DNA of 64,000 bases from contig CAVZGN010000002.1 of assembly GCA_963774895.1 (NCBI GenBank), forward strand, positions 386,091-450,090, read 5' to 3'. Made by a program: the position numbers and the translations under genes. Source of the DNA: an uncultured Pseudomonadota bacterium. Its GTDB lineage: Bacteria > Pseudomonadota > Gammaproteobacteria > Natronospirales > REEB76. Numbering within the stretch: the stretch's first letter is position 1; the number at the start of each line of letters is the position of its first letter. Below are positions 36,940-46,638 of this stretch, in pieces. The notes beneath the pieces are model-generated. The model searched no databases. It saw only the letters and a list, made by a program, of their open reading frames with translations, and was not told the origin of the DNA.

Positions 36940-39143
36940 AACGTCTGCTTATGCCATTGGTGATTGCGGCCGGCATGGTGGTCATGCTGGTCTCGCTGAT
37001 TCTGTTGAGCAAGAGCACACAGAACTCGATGGATTTTGACCGGCTCCACGATGGCTTGTTGATACTCAACGCCATCGCCGTCGGCGTGCTGCTGGTGATC
37101 ATCGGCTTCAACCTGGTACGGCTGGTATTGCAATACCGGCGTAACGTCACCGGTTCGCGGCTGACGACGCGGTTGGTGGTGATGTTCGTAGCGCTGGCCA
37201 TCGTGCCGGTGGTGCTGGTGTATTACTTTTCCGTGCAATTTATCAGTCGCGGCATCGACTCCTGGTTTGATGTGCGTGTGGAGCGCGCCTTGGGTGACGC
37301 CATCGAATTATCGCGCACCGCTTTGCAGTTGCGTGTCCGGGAACTGCTCACACGCACCCAGCAGATGGGCAATAGTCTGACAATCATCCGGCCCACCGAC
37401 GTCACACAGGAGATGGGTCTGCTGCGGCGCCAGAATGGTGCCGCTGAGCTCACCCTGTTGAGTGGCGAGGATGGGCATATCATCGCCACCAGTTCCGATC
37501 TGCCGGCACAACTGATCCCGGATCTGCCGGGGCAAGTGATGCTGATGCGGGTGCGCAGCGGTCATGTCTATATCGGCCTGGATCCGGCTGGCGATAATGG
37601 GCTGCATATACGCGCATTGGTACCTGTCATACTCGGAGGCCAATGGTGGCGACCGGAAGTGCTGCAGGCGATCTATCCGGTGGCCGATCAGCAAAGCGAT
37701 CTCGCCAACCGCGTGCAGGCCGCGTATTCCAATTACCGCGAGCTCACGGTGCTGCGTCAGCCACTCAAGTACAGTTTCATGCTGACCTTGTCGCTGGTAT
37801 TGCTGTTGTCGGTATTGATGGCCGTATGGGTCGCGTTCGTGGCGGCCCGCAAACTGGTGGAGCCCATCCAGAATTTAATCGAAGGCACACGCAGCGTAGC
37901 GCGCGGTGATTTCAGCACCCGTTTGCCGCTGCCCTCGCGCGACGAGGTCGGCTATCTGGTGTCCTCATTCAATGAGATGATCCAGCGACTGTCGCAGGCG
38001 CAGGAAGCCGCACGCCGCAGCCGCGCCCAGGTCGAGAGCGAACGCAGCTACCTGGGGGCGGTATTGTCGCGCCTGTCTTCCGGCGTGATCTCCATCGATG
38101 CGGATCTGGCACTCAAGACCGCCAACCCAGCTGCCAGCGCCATCCTGGGCGTGGAACTGCAGCAGCATGTGAATAAATCCCTGACGCCCCTGAGCGGCGA
38201 CAGCTCCCTGTTTGGACAGTTCGTCAACGCCTGCCGCGTACATCTGGAAGCCGGTGAGACCGAATGGCGAGAAGAAATGCTGCTGCAGGGTTCTAGTGGA
38301 AGGCGCATGCTAATGGTGAGCTGCGCCACGCTGCCGGGCAGCGGGGAAGCGCCTCCCGGCCACGTCATCGTATTCGACGACCTGACGGTGCTGATCGAGG
38401 CCCAGCGTGACGCGGCCTGGGGCGAGGTGGCCCGGCGGCTGGCTCATGAGATCAAAAATCCGCTTACTCCCATACGCCTGGCGGCGGAACGTATGCGCCG
38501 CAAATATCTGGGTAAACTCAAGGGCGAGGATCAAGACGTACTGGAGCGCGCCACCCACACCATCGTGCAGCAGGTCGAGGCCATGAAATCCATGGTCAAT
38601 GCTTTCAGCGAGTATGCGCGCACACCGGCGCTGGAATTCACGCCGCTGGACCTGAATGCGGTGATCGGCGAAGTGGTGGAACTGTATCGCGTGCGTGAAG
38701 CGGGCATGGTGATCCAGCTAAAACTGGACGAAACCATGCCGCTGGTGTACGCAGACGCCGGCCGCATGCGCCAGATGCTGCATAATCTGCTCAAGAATGC
38801 CCAGGAAGCGCTCGAAGGGCGCACGGATGGCTGGGTGAAGATCACCACGCATTACTATCACCGCGGTGGTGACGAGAACGCGGAGATCATAGTTGAAGAT
38901 AACGGCCCGGGTTTCAATACCAATATCCTCGGCAAGGTTTTCGAGCCCTACGTGACCAGCAAACCCAAGGGCACCGGCCTGGGTCTGGCGATCGTGAAGA
39001 AACTCGCCGAGGAACACGGCGGCAGCATCCGCGCCCAAAACAATACTGAAGGTGGCGCACGACTCATCATCCGCCTGCCGGTCACCGAAGCGGGACATAC
39101 CAGCGCCTTGCTCGGCGGCCTGCAGCGGCATGCCGGCGCCTAG
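36936..39143 (+). CDS. NtrY-like sensor histidine kinase (TM-HAMP-PAS-HisKA-HATPase)
   Basis: The ATG at 36936 overlaps the upstream stop (ATGA). Contains a HAMP region, H-box LAHEIKNPLTPI, N-box LHNLLKNAQEA and G-boxes DNGPGF and GTGLGLAIVKKL. Confidence 0.88.
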   Translation: MKRLLMPLVIAAGMVVMLVSLILLSKSTQNSMDFDRLHDGLLILNAIAVGVLLVIIGFNLVRLVLQYRRNVTGSRLTTRLVVMFVALAIVPVVLVYYFSVQFISRGIDSWFDVRVERALGDAIELSRTALQLRVRELLTRTQQMGNSLTIIRPTDVTQEMGLLRRQNGAAELTLLSGEDGHIIATSSDLPAQLIPDLPGQVMLMRVRSGHVYIGLDPAGDNGLHIRALVPVILGGQWWRPEVLQAIYPVADQQSDLANRVQAAYSNYRELTVLRQPLKYSFMLTLSLVLLLSVLMAVWVAFVAARKLVEPIQNLIEGTRSVARGDFSTRLPLPSRDEVGYLVSSFNEMIQRLSQAQEAARRSRAQVESERSYLGAVLSRLSSGVISIDADLALKTANPAASAILGVELQQHVNKSLTPLSGDSSLFGQFVNACRVHLEAGETEWREEMLLQGSSGRRMLMVSCATLPGSGEAPPGHVIVFDDLTVLIEAQRDAAWGEVARRLAHEIKNPLTPIRLAAERMRRKYLGKLKGEDQDVLERATHTIVQQVEAMKSMVNAFSEYARTPALEFTPLDLNAVIGEVVELYRVREAGMVIQLKLDETMPLVYADAGRMRQMLHNLLKNAQEALEGRTDGWVKITTHYYHRGGDENAEIIVEDNGPGFNTNILGKVFEPYVTSKPKGTGLGLAIVKKLAEEHGGSIRAQNNTEGGARLIIRLPVTEAGHTSALLGGLQRHAGA

Positions 39144-39152
39144 GAGAACAAC

Positions 39153-40529
39153 ATGCGAGCCTCTCAAATCCTGGTGGTGGACGATGAAGCGGATATCCGC
39201 GACATGGTCCAGGAAATCCTCACCGAAGAAGGTTACGAAGTACGCGTGGCCAGCAATGCGGCGGAAGCGCGCGCGGCCCGCGCCCAACACGAGCTGGATC
39301 TGGTGCTATTGGATATCTGGATGCCCGACATGGACGGCATCAGTCTGCTCAAGGAGTGGAGCCGCGAGACCCCACTGTCATTCCCGGTGGTGATGATGTC
39401 CGGCCACGGGACGGTCGAGACCGCCATCGAGGCCACCAAGCTGGGGGCGCTGGATTTTGTGGAAAAACCCCTGTCGCTCGCCAAGCTGTTGCGCACCGTG
39501 GGACACGCTATCGAAGTCGGTCGCCAGGCGCGCGCGCAACGTGTGGGTGGCGGATCGCAATCTGCACTGGATCCCTTGGGCAAAAGCCGGCCCATGCAGG
39601 TTTTGCGCGATCAATGCCGTAGGGTGGCACCGCACGAATCACCGGTGTTGCTGGTGGGCGAGCAGGGCAGTGGCAGGGAGAGCAGCGCTCGCCATATTCA
39701 TGCCATCAGTGCGCGCGCCGCCGGTGCGTTTGTGAATGTGGTGCTGACGGGATTGAGCGCCGGGGAAGCTGAAAACAAATTATTGGGAAGCGAACTGGAC
39801 GGCCAAATCACACCGGGCTGGCTGGATGAGGCACGTCAGGGAACCGTATTCGTGAACGACGTCACCGACATGTTGCCGGAGACGCAGAATCTGCTTTTGA
39901 AAATACTGGAACAGGGCCATTACGCCCGCGTCGGTGGCCATACATCCCAGCCACTGGATGTGCGCTGGCTGTGTTCCGCGCGGCCCGAGGTCGAAACGCG
40001 AATTGCTGATGGGAGGTTTCGCAGCGACTTATATGAACGTCTGGCGACTGTAGTGATTCGTGTGCCGCCGTTGCGCGAATACCACGAGGACGTACCGGAA
40101 TTGTTGCGTTATTACACCGATGCCTTGGCGGACAGCGATGACCTCAAGTACCGGCGTTTCAGCGTCGCGGCCCAGAACCGCTTACGCAACTATCCCTGGC
40201 CCGGCAACCTGCAGGAACTCAAGAACCTGGTACAGCGTTGTTTGATGCTCGGCGATGACAGCGAAGTTTCACTTGATGAAGTGGAGAGTGCGCTCGCGCC
40301 GTATACCGCCGATGAACCGCTGGTGAAACAGGATCTTCTGGCCATGCCCTTGCGCGAGGCGCGCGAACATTTCGAGCGTGCTTACCTGCAGCAGCAACTG
40401 CAGCTGTGCGGCGGCAAGGTGGGCAAGCTGGCGGAACGCGTGGGCATGGAGCGCACGCATCTGTATCGTAAGCTCAATTCACTGGGGATTGATTTCCGCA
40501 GCCTGGGCGGGGATGAGACTGAAGTTTGA
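39153..40529 (+). CDS. NtrX-like response regulator (REC + degenerate AAA+ sigma54-interaction-like domain + Fis-type HTH)
   Basis: REC domain with LLDIWMPDMDG. In the central domain, Walker A reads GEQGSGRE, there is no GAFTGA, and Walker B reads VFVNDV. C-terminal HTH: GGKVGKLAERVGMERTHLYRKL. Confidence 0.88.
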   Translation: MRASQILVVDDEADIRDMVQEILTEEGYEVRVASNAAEARAARAQHELDLVLLDIWMPDMDGISLLKEWSRETPLSFPVVMMSGHGTVETAIEATKLGALDFVEKPLSLAKLLRTVGHAIEVGRQARAQRVGGGSQSALDPLGKSRPMQVLRDQCRRVAPHESPVLLVGEQGSGRESSARHIHAISARAAGAFVNVVLTGLSAGEAENKLLGSELDGQITPGWLDEARQGTVFVNDVTDMLPETQNLLLKILEQGHYARVGGHTSQPLDVRWLCSARPEVETRIADGRFRSDLYERLATVVIRVPPLREYHEDVPELLRYYTDALADSDDLKYRRFSVAAQNRLRNYPWPGNLQELKNLVQRCLMLGDDSEVSLDEVESALAPYTADEPLVKQDLLAMPLREAREHFERAYLQQQLQLCGGKVGKLAERVGMERTHLYRKLNSLGIDFRSLGGDETEV

Positions 40530-40554
40530 GCGCCATTCCATATTGGCAAAGCTG

Positions 40555-41133
40555 TTAATTGGTTTTGATGACCAACGGTTCGATATGGTTTTGTGCGAGC
40601 TTGACGCGCATGGCGTTAAGTTGGGAGAGACTCTGGATAGGGCCGATGCGCACCCGGTTCCAGACACCGCCGTTGTTGACCTTAACCTGCTGGATGCTGG
40701 ACTCGACTCCCAGCAGGGCCAAGTTGGCCTTGAGTTTATCGGCTTCTGCATAGCTCTGGAACGAACCCACCTGCAGGACATAGGTACCGGGTTGATTGAC
40801 CGGGCCGGGAACGTCACCGGAGCGGGTTTCCTTGTCCTGGCTGGGGATCACCACCTGAAAGGACGGCAGCAGCTTGTAGAAATCAAAATGTGGCTGCCCC
40901 GATGCGCTGCCGGCAGCGGGCGCTTTCGAAGTGTTCTGCGCCGATGATTTTGCTTGCTGTGGGCCAGGGTGATTGATGCGCTGCTCGACTTTTTTCCACA
41001 CTTCCGGTGCGCCCTTGATGATCACGGCAGCCACGATGATGCCGATGACGAAGCCTCCCCAGCCCGGCATACCGGAATTTTTCTTGCGTGGTTTGTCTTT
41101 GGGTTTGGGGCTGTGTTTGTAATCCTTCGCCAT
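40555..41133 (-). CDS. SPOR domain protein (FtsN-like septal peptidoglycan binding)
   Basis: Basic N-terminus, one TM segment, and a C-terminal SPOR domain (YVLQVGSFQSYAEADKLKANLALLG...WNRVRIGP). The start overlaps the argS stop. Confidence 0.8.
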   Translation of the reverse strand: MAKDYKHSPKPKDKPRKKNSGMPGWGGFVIGIIVAAVIIKGAPEVWKKVEQRINHPGPQQAKSSAQNTSKAPAAGSASGQPHFDFYKLLPSFQVVIPSQDKETRSGDVPGPVNQPGTYVLQVGSFQSYAEADKLKANLALLGVESSIQQVKVNNGGVWNRVRIGPIQSLSQLNAMRVKLAQNHIEPLVIKTN

Positions 41134-42818
41134 CACATGCGCTCCGGGGCCGATACGCCCAGCAGCGCCAGGCCGTTGTGCAGCACCTGCCGGGTTGCTG
41201 CGATCAGGGTGAGGCGCGCATCACGCAGGGCCGCATCATCCACGATGAAGGTATGCGCGTCGTAATAAGTATGGAAAGCGTTGGCTAGTTCGCGCAGATA
41301 CGCGGCTACCAGATGCGGTTCCAGATTGCGCGCCGCCGTATCCACGATTTCCGGGAAACGCGACAGGCTTACGAATAACGCCTGTTCGTGGTTCTGCGTC
41401 AATCTTGCCAGGCTGGCTGCGCCATTTCCCGCGTCCCAGGTGAAGCCTTTTTCCGTCAGCTGGCGGAACACGCTAGCGATGCGCGCATGCGCGTACTGGA
41501 TGTAGTACACTGGGTTCTCGTTGGTCTGGGAACGCGCCAGGTCGATGTCGAAAGTCAGCCGGGAATCCGCCTTGCGTTCCACCAGGAAATAGCGGGTGGC
41601 GTCGCGACCCACTTCGTCGATGAGATCGCGCAGCGTCACATAGCTGCCAGCGCGTTTGGACAGTTTTATTTCCTCGCTACCCCGCATCACGGTGACCATC
41701 TGGTAGAGCACATACTCGGGATAATCCCGCGGGATGCCGGCGTCGAGCGCCTGCAAACCGGCGCGCACCCGCGCCAGCGAACCATGATGATCGGCGCCCA
41801 GCACGGTGATGGCGCGCTCATAGCCACGTTGCCATTTGGAAAGGTGATAGGCGACGTCCGGCACGAAATAAGTGTAGGTACCGTCGGATTTACGCATCAC
41901 GCGATCCTTGTCATCGCCAAAATCGGTGGTGCGCAACCACAGGGCGCCGCTTTCCTCGAAGGTGTGACCGTGTGCGATAAGTTCGCGCACAGTCTCTTCG
42001 ACTTTGCGATCGGTGTAGAGCGAGGATTCCAGAAAGTACACATCGAAATGCACGCTGAAGGCCTTGAGGTCCAGATCCTGTTCGTGACGCAAAGCCGTCA
42101 CCGCAAAGTGGCGAATGGCTTCCAGATTTCCGGCATCACTACTGCCGGTGACGGTATGGCCGTCGGCGGTGACCGACTCGCCAGCCAGGTAAGAGCGCGC
42201 CACATCGGCGATGTACTCGCCCCGATAACCGTCAACCGGCCAGCCGGGTTGTTCCGGCGCGATGCCTTTGCAGCGGGCCTGTACCGACAGTGTCAAGTTT
42301 TTTATCTGCACTCCGGCATCGTTGTAGTAGAACTCACGCGTCACTTGCCAGCCGGTCGCGTCCAGCAGGCGTGCGAGACTGTCGCCGATCGCAGCGTTAC
42401 GTCCATGCCCGACATGCAGTGGACCGGTTGGGTTGGCCGACACGAATTCAATGCCGACCTTGCGACCGTTCCCGAAATCGCTGCGGCCGTACTTCTCACC
42501 TGCAGCGAGGATCGCTTTCACTTGGTCGTGATAAGCCGACGTACTCAGAAAGAAATTGATGAAGCCGGGACCGGCGAGTTCGACTTTGGAGACCAACTCC
42601 GATTCAGGCAGGGCCGCGATGATCGCCTGGGCAAGCTCGCGTGGTTTTCTGCCGGCTTGTTTGGCGAGTAGCAGGGCCACGTTGGTAGCGAAATCACCGT
42701 GCGCCGGATCGCGCGTGCGTTCCAGCAGCGAGCCGGTGGGCAGTGCAGCTTTCGGGAAAAGATCGCCAGTCAGTTTTTTGAGTGTCCTCTGCAGCAGGCT
42801 TTCAAGCGGTTGTTTCAC
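41133..42818 (-). CDS. argS: Arginine--tRNA ligase
   Basis: HIGH-type motif [13 protein letters not shown] and full-length class I ArgS similarity. I prefer the GTG at 42818 (VKQPLESLL...) with an AGGA SD 7 nt upstream over the ATG at 42893. Confidence 0.94.
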   Translation of the reverse strand: MKQPLESLLQRTLKKLTGDLFPKAALPTGSLLERTRDPAHGDFATNVALLLAKQAGRKPRELAQAIIAALPESELVSKVELAGPGFINFFLSTSAYHDQVKAILAAGEKYGRSDFGNGRKVGIEFVSANPTGPLHVGHGRNAAIGDSLARLLDATGWQVTREFYYNDAGVQIKNLTLSVQARCKGIAPEQPGWPVDGYRGEYIADVARSYLAGESVTADGHTVTGSSDAGNLEAIRHFAVTALRHEQDLDLKAFSVHFDVYFLESSLYTDRKVEETVRELIAHGHTFEESGALWLRTTDFGDDKDRVMRKSDGTYTYFVPDVAYHLSKWQRGYERAITVLGADHHGSLARVRAGLQALDAGIPRDYPEYVLYQMVTVMRGSEEIKLSKRAGSYVTLRDLIDEVGRDATRYFLVERKADSRLTFDIDLARSQTNENPVYYIQYAHARIASVFRQLTEKGFTWDAGNGAASLARLTQNHEQALFVSLSRFPEIVDTAARNLEPHLVAAYLRELANAFHTYYDAHTFIVDDAALRDARLTLIAATRQVLHNGLALLGVSAPERM

Positions 42819-42903
42819 AAGGATTCCTGCTTGAGGAAGTACGACAAACTGGGACTGAATTCTACCGTCTGGGCTGTGCGTGTAGAAGCGCATTCAGGAA
42901 ATT

Positions 42904-45102
42904 TCAAAACAAATCGGCAGGATCGACATCCAGCGACCAGCGCACACCACGCGCTGGCTTGAGCGTACCCAAGTTTGGTAGTGCGGTGGCCAGAGCTTGC
43001 TGTAACATCGCACGCTGGCTGGCCAACAGCATCAGCTGCGCACGGTAGCGCCCGGCACGGCGTTCCATGGGCGCGGGCGTGGGCCCCAGGATCTGCACCT
43101 GCGTCCCACAGTGGGGAGCCAATGCGGATTTCGCCGCTTCCAGAAACGCCTGTGGTGGTGACGCGCTGACGGCCTCGGCACGCAACAAGGCCATGGCCGC
43201 GTAGGGTGGCAGTCCGGCGACGCGCCGTTCGCTGAGCGCAGCGGCGGCAAAACTGGCGTAGCCCTCGCGTACCAGATGCGTGAGCAGCGGATGGTCCGGA
43301 TGATGGGTCTGGATCAAGACTTCACCGGGGCGCTCGGCCCGGCCCGCCCGGCCCGCCACCTGCATGATGAGCTGGGCCATGCGTTCACTGGCACGGAAGT
43401 CCACGCCGAACAGGCCCTGGTCCGCATCCAGGATGCCTACCAGCGTGACATTGGGGAAATCGTGGCCCTTGGCCAGCATCTGGGTACCCACCAGGATGCG
43501 GGTCTCACCGCTACGTACGGCATCCAGCAGGTTTTCCAGACTGCCTTTGCGGCGGGTACTGTCGCGATCCAGGCGCGCGATGCCGATGTTCGGGAATAAA
43601 CGCTCGAGCGCCCGTTCGATGCGCTCGGTGCCTTGGCCGAAATGACCCAGATCCGAACCACCGCAGTTTTCGCAACGCGCGGGCAAGGGGCGCTGCGCGC
43701 CACAGTGATGGCATTGCAAACGCCGGTTGCCATGCAGCGTCAGGCGCGCATCACAGCGCGGGCACTGCAGTGTCTGGCCGCAGGCGTGGCACATGACCGT
43801 GGGTGCGTAACCGCGACGGTTGAGGAACAGCAGCACTTGGCCATCGGCCATGAGATGCCTGCGCATGGTGTCCAGCAGCAGATCCGACAAGCCTACGTCC
43901 AGCGGGCGGCTGCGGATATCCAGCAAACGCATGCTTGGATGGCGGGCGTTGCCGGCGCGTTCGGGCAACGTCACATGTACATAGCGCACTTGGTCCACGT
44001 TGTGCAGGGATTCCAGTGAGGGTGTGGCGGATCCCAGCACCACAGGGATGGAGCGACGCTGGGCACGCACCACGGCGATATCCCGCGCCGAATAGCGGAA
44101 ACCATCCTGTTGCTTGAAGGAGCTGTCGTGTTCCTCGTCCACGACGATCACCCCGGGATTTTTGAGCGGCACGAACACTGCCGAGCGGGTGCCGATGACC
44201 ACGGGTACTCGGCCATCACGCGCCGCCAACCAAGTAGCCAGCCGCTCAGCATCGCTCAGGCCTGAATGAAACACCGCCACTGTGCCGAAGCGCGTGCGGA
44301 AGCGCTCCAGCAGCTGCGGTGTGAGACCGATCTCCGGTACCAGCACCAGTGCCTGGCGTCCGTCTTGCAGGACATCGGCGATGACTTGGAGATAGACCTC
44401 GGTTTTGCCGCTGCCGGTGACCCCATCCAGGAGGAATGCCTGAAAGCTTCCCAGTGCCGCTTGGATCTTTTGCCTAGCTGCGATCTGCGCCGCATTGAGG
44501 ACGATGGGCGTTGCGGCTTCGTAGGCGCCGGCAGGTGCGGCCGGGCGCTGGATCTGTTCCACCCATCCGCGTTTTATCAGGAAATTCAATGGCGCCGACC
44601 AGTGCTCAAAATAGTCATCCAGGCTTGCAGCATCCAGGCCTTGGGGATGTTGCACCAGTAGTTTCCACAAGGCCGATTGCTTGGGCGCGCGCTTAAGCGT
44701 TGCGGTATCTGCTTGTCTGCCGGCAGGCGTGAGCCGCCAGACATCAAGCTCACGTGAGTCAGTGGTTTTCCCCTGACGCAGTGATACCGGCAGCAACGCC
44801 TGGATGACTTCACCGATGGGATGGTGGTAGTAGTCCGCTGCCCAGCGAGCCAGGGCCAGCATATCGGCGGGGATCAGTGGGGCTTGATCCAGAAGCTGGT
44901 GTGCGCGTTTCAGCCGCGAAGCTGGGATATCCGTGGCAGCGGCGATTTCCAGGAGCACGCCGATCACATGGCGTTTGCCGAACGGAACCCGCACCCGCAC
45001 GCCAGGCAGCAGCGAGTTTATCTCGCAGTCGATCGGCGGCAGATAGTCGAAATGACCATACAGCGGTGAGGACACTGCTACGCGCAGGTAACAATTCTGC
45101 AT
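42904..45102 (-). CDS. priA: Primosomal protein N' (replication restart helicase PriA)
   Basis: Walker A GVTGSGKTEVY, DEEHD box, and a Cys-rich zinc region (CHACG...CPRC...CHHCG...CENCG). The start is ATG 45102 or GTG 45111. Confidence 0.93.
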   Translation of the reverse strand: MQNCYLRVAVSSPLYGHFDYLPPIDCEINSLLPGVRVRVPFGKRHVIGVLLEIAAATDIPASRLKRAHQLLDQAPLIPADMLALARWAADYYHHPIGEVIQALLPVSLRQGKTTDSRELDVWRLTPAGRQADTATLKRAPKQSALWKLLVQHPQGLDAASLDDYFEHWSAPLNFLIKRGWVEQIQRPAAPAGAYEAATPIVLNAAQIAARQKIQAALGSFQAFLLDGVTGSGKTEVYLQVIADVLQDGRQALVLVPEIGLTPQLLERFRTRFGTVAVFHSGLSDAERLATWLAARDGRVPVVIGTRSAVFVPLKNPGVIVVDEEHDSSFKQQDGFRYSARDIAVVRAQRRSIPVVLGSATPSLESLHNVDQVRYVHVTLPERAGNARHPSMRLLDIRSRPLDVGLSDLLLDTMRRHLMADGQVLLFLNRRGYAPTVMCHACGQTLQCPRCDARLTLHGNRRLQCHHCGAQRPLPARCENCGGSDLGHFGQGTERIERALERLFPNIGIARLDRDSTRRKGSLENLLDAVRSGETRILVGTQMLAKGHDFPNVTLVGILDADQGLFGVDFRASERMAQLIMQVAGRAGRAERPGEVLIQTHHPDHPLLTHLVREGYASFAAAALSERRVAGLPPYAAMALLRAEAVSASPPQAFLEAAKSALAPHCGTQVQILGPTPAPMERRAGRYRAQLMLLASQRAMLQQALATALPNLGTLKPARGVRWSLDVDPADLF

Positions 45103-45123
45103 GCATGTCACCGGTCGACTTTT

Positions 45124-45146
45124 TTATCCACACATTCTGTGGATAA
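45124..45146. promoter_or_regulatory. Inverted pair of perfect DnaA boxes (TTATCCACA N5 TGTGGATAA)
   Basis: 45124-45132 reads TTATCCACA. 45138-45146 reads TGTGGATAA, its exact reverse complement. A third, weaker box TGTGGATGC lies at 45150-45158, and an 8/9 box (TCTGGATAA) at 45404-45412. Confidence 0.5.
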
Positions 45147-45443
45147 ACTTGTGGATGCTTTGTCCGCATGCTGGTTAATTCCGCAAATATGACCGCGGGA
45201 TTTCAGAATGGGTAATTTTTGTCCGCCGATAATTGTCATGGGAATCAACGCGTTGAAATTTGAATCAAGCGCTTGCGCAGTGGGTCCACTGGGCCACGCC
45301 CTGCGGTACGCATGATAACCTTTGATGCCTGTGGCATGGGCATGGCGACACCAGGCTTGGCGATTGGCAAGAATCACTTGGTCGCTGCTTGATGCGAGGT
45401 TAATCTGGATAACGCAGCCGATCTAAATGCATTTCTGGCCAGC

Positions 45444-45947
45444 GTGGAACGGCGTGCCTTCCGCATCGCGCAGATGGCCCTGCGCAATCCGGAGGATGCT
45501 TTGGATGCCATTCAGGATGCGATGTTGCAACTGGCTAAACGTTACGCGCAACGTCCCCAGGAAGAATGGCCGCCGCTGTTCTACCGCATCCTGCAGAGCC
45601 GCATCCGCGACTGCCAGCGCCGCCGGGCGGTCCGTAACCGGGTCATGAGCTTCTTCGGCGGCCAGCGGGAGGCGGAAGACGACCCCCCGGACCCGGTCGA
45701 GGCGGCTGCCGACCTCGCGGGGCGGGACCCCTCCGAGCAGCTGGCCCAGGGCGCGGCCATGCAGGCGCTGAAAAATGCGCTGGCGGCCTTGCCGGGACGT
45801 CAACGCGAAGCCTTCGTACTGCGTATATTGGAGGGACTGGACGTGGCGGATACTGCCAAGTCCATGGGCTGCTCGCAAGGCAGTGTCAAAACTCATCTGT
45901 CGCGCGCGGTGCACAGCCTGCGGCAGTCCTTGGGGGAACATTGGTGA
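45444..45947 (+). CDS. ECF-type RNA polymerase sigma factor
   Basis: Region 2 (DAIQDAMLQLAKRY) and region 4 (DTAKSMGCSQGSVKTHLSRAVHSLRQ). GTG start. The frame is open a further 17 codons upstream without a canonical start. Confidence 0.85.
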   Translation: MERRAFRIAQMALRNPEDALDAIQDAMLQLAKRYAQRPQEEWPPLFYRILQSRIRDCQRRRAVRNRVMSFFGGQREAEDDPPDPVEAAADLAGRDPSEQLAQGAAMQALKNALAALPGRQREAFVLRILEGLDVADTAKSMGCSQGSVKTHLSRAVHSLRQSLGEHW

Positions 45948-45953
45948 TTATTT

Positions 45954-46361
45954 ATGCATACCGATCCTGAGACAACTTTTCTCCATAAGGCCCGTCAGGT
46001 CTTTTTGGATAGTGTTGAGCAGCTCGACCCCCGAGAGCTGGCGCGAGTACGCCAGGCCCGGGCGCTGGCTGTGGAATCGATCGCGCCGCCTATACCCTTA
46101 TGGCGTCGGCGTGCCTGGGCATTACCTGCTGCGGGTGCCACGGTCGCTGTGCTGATTACGATCACCAGTGGCGTGCTGTGGTGGAACCAGAACTCCCAAC
46201 CAGCGGTGCCTTTCGCCATCGGCAACAATACCGAAGACATGTCCATCGTGCTCGGCAATGACAATCTGGATATGTATGCCGACATGGATTTCTATCATTG
46301 GCTGCAAGCCCAGCAGCAGACTGCACCCCAGGTCAGTTCCAGAGACCACAGCAGTGGCTAA
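45954..46361 (+). CDS. DUF3619-like membrane protein (putative anti-sigma partner)
   Basis: 135 aa with one TM segment (WALPAAGATVAVLITITSGVLWW). Immediately downstream of the ECF sigma gene. Family call is from memory. Confidence 0.6.
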   Translation: MHTDPETTFLHKARQVFLDSVEQLDPRELARVRQARALAVESIAPPIPLWRRRAWALPAAGATVAVLITITSGVLWWNQNSQPAVPFAIGNNTEDMSIVLGNDNLDMYADMDFYHWLQAQQQTAPQVSSRDHSSG

Positions 46362-46638
46362 GCGCAGCTGGCTGCTGATGACCGGCTTGCTGTTGGCGAT
46401 ATCAGTGTTCGCTGCTGACCAGAAACCTGTGCAGCCGCCGCCTAAGGTGGATCCGGAGTTACTGGAGTTCCTCGGCTCCTGGCAGGGCAGTGACGGTATG
46501 TGGGTGGACCCCATGACATTTGCACGCATCGATCCCGGCAAGCTGGCCGATGACAAGACGCGTCCAGAGGGCAAACCGATGCCGGCAGTCAAACAACCCC
46601 CGCCCAAGCAGGCAGGGGATTGGGAACAAAGCCCATGA
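46354..46638 (+). CDS. Small secreted Pro/Lys-rich protein, hypothetical
   Basis: The GTG at 46354 overlaps the previous gene by 8 nt. Signal-peptide-like WLLMTGLLLAISVFAA. Its stop overlaps the next ATG (ATGA). Confidence 0.5.
   Translation: MAKRSWLLMTGLLLAISVFAADQKPVQPPPKVDPELLEFLGSWQGSDGMWVDPMTFARIDPGKLADDKTRPEGKPMPAVKQPPPKQAGDWEQSP

Noticed and set aside
45108-45377. An 89-aa minus-strand ORF in the priA/ECF intergenic region, plus several very short plus-strand ORFs there.
   Set aside because: There is no SD or domain signal. It overlaps the priA start and the DnaA-box cluster, so the region is more plausibly regulatory DNA.
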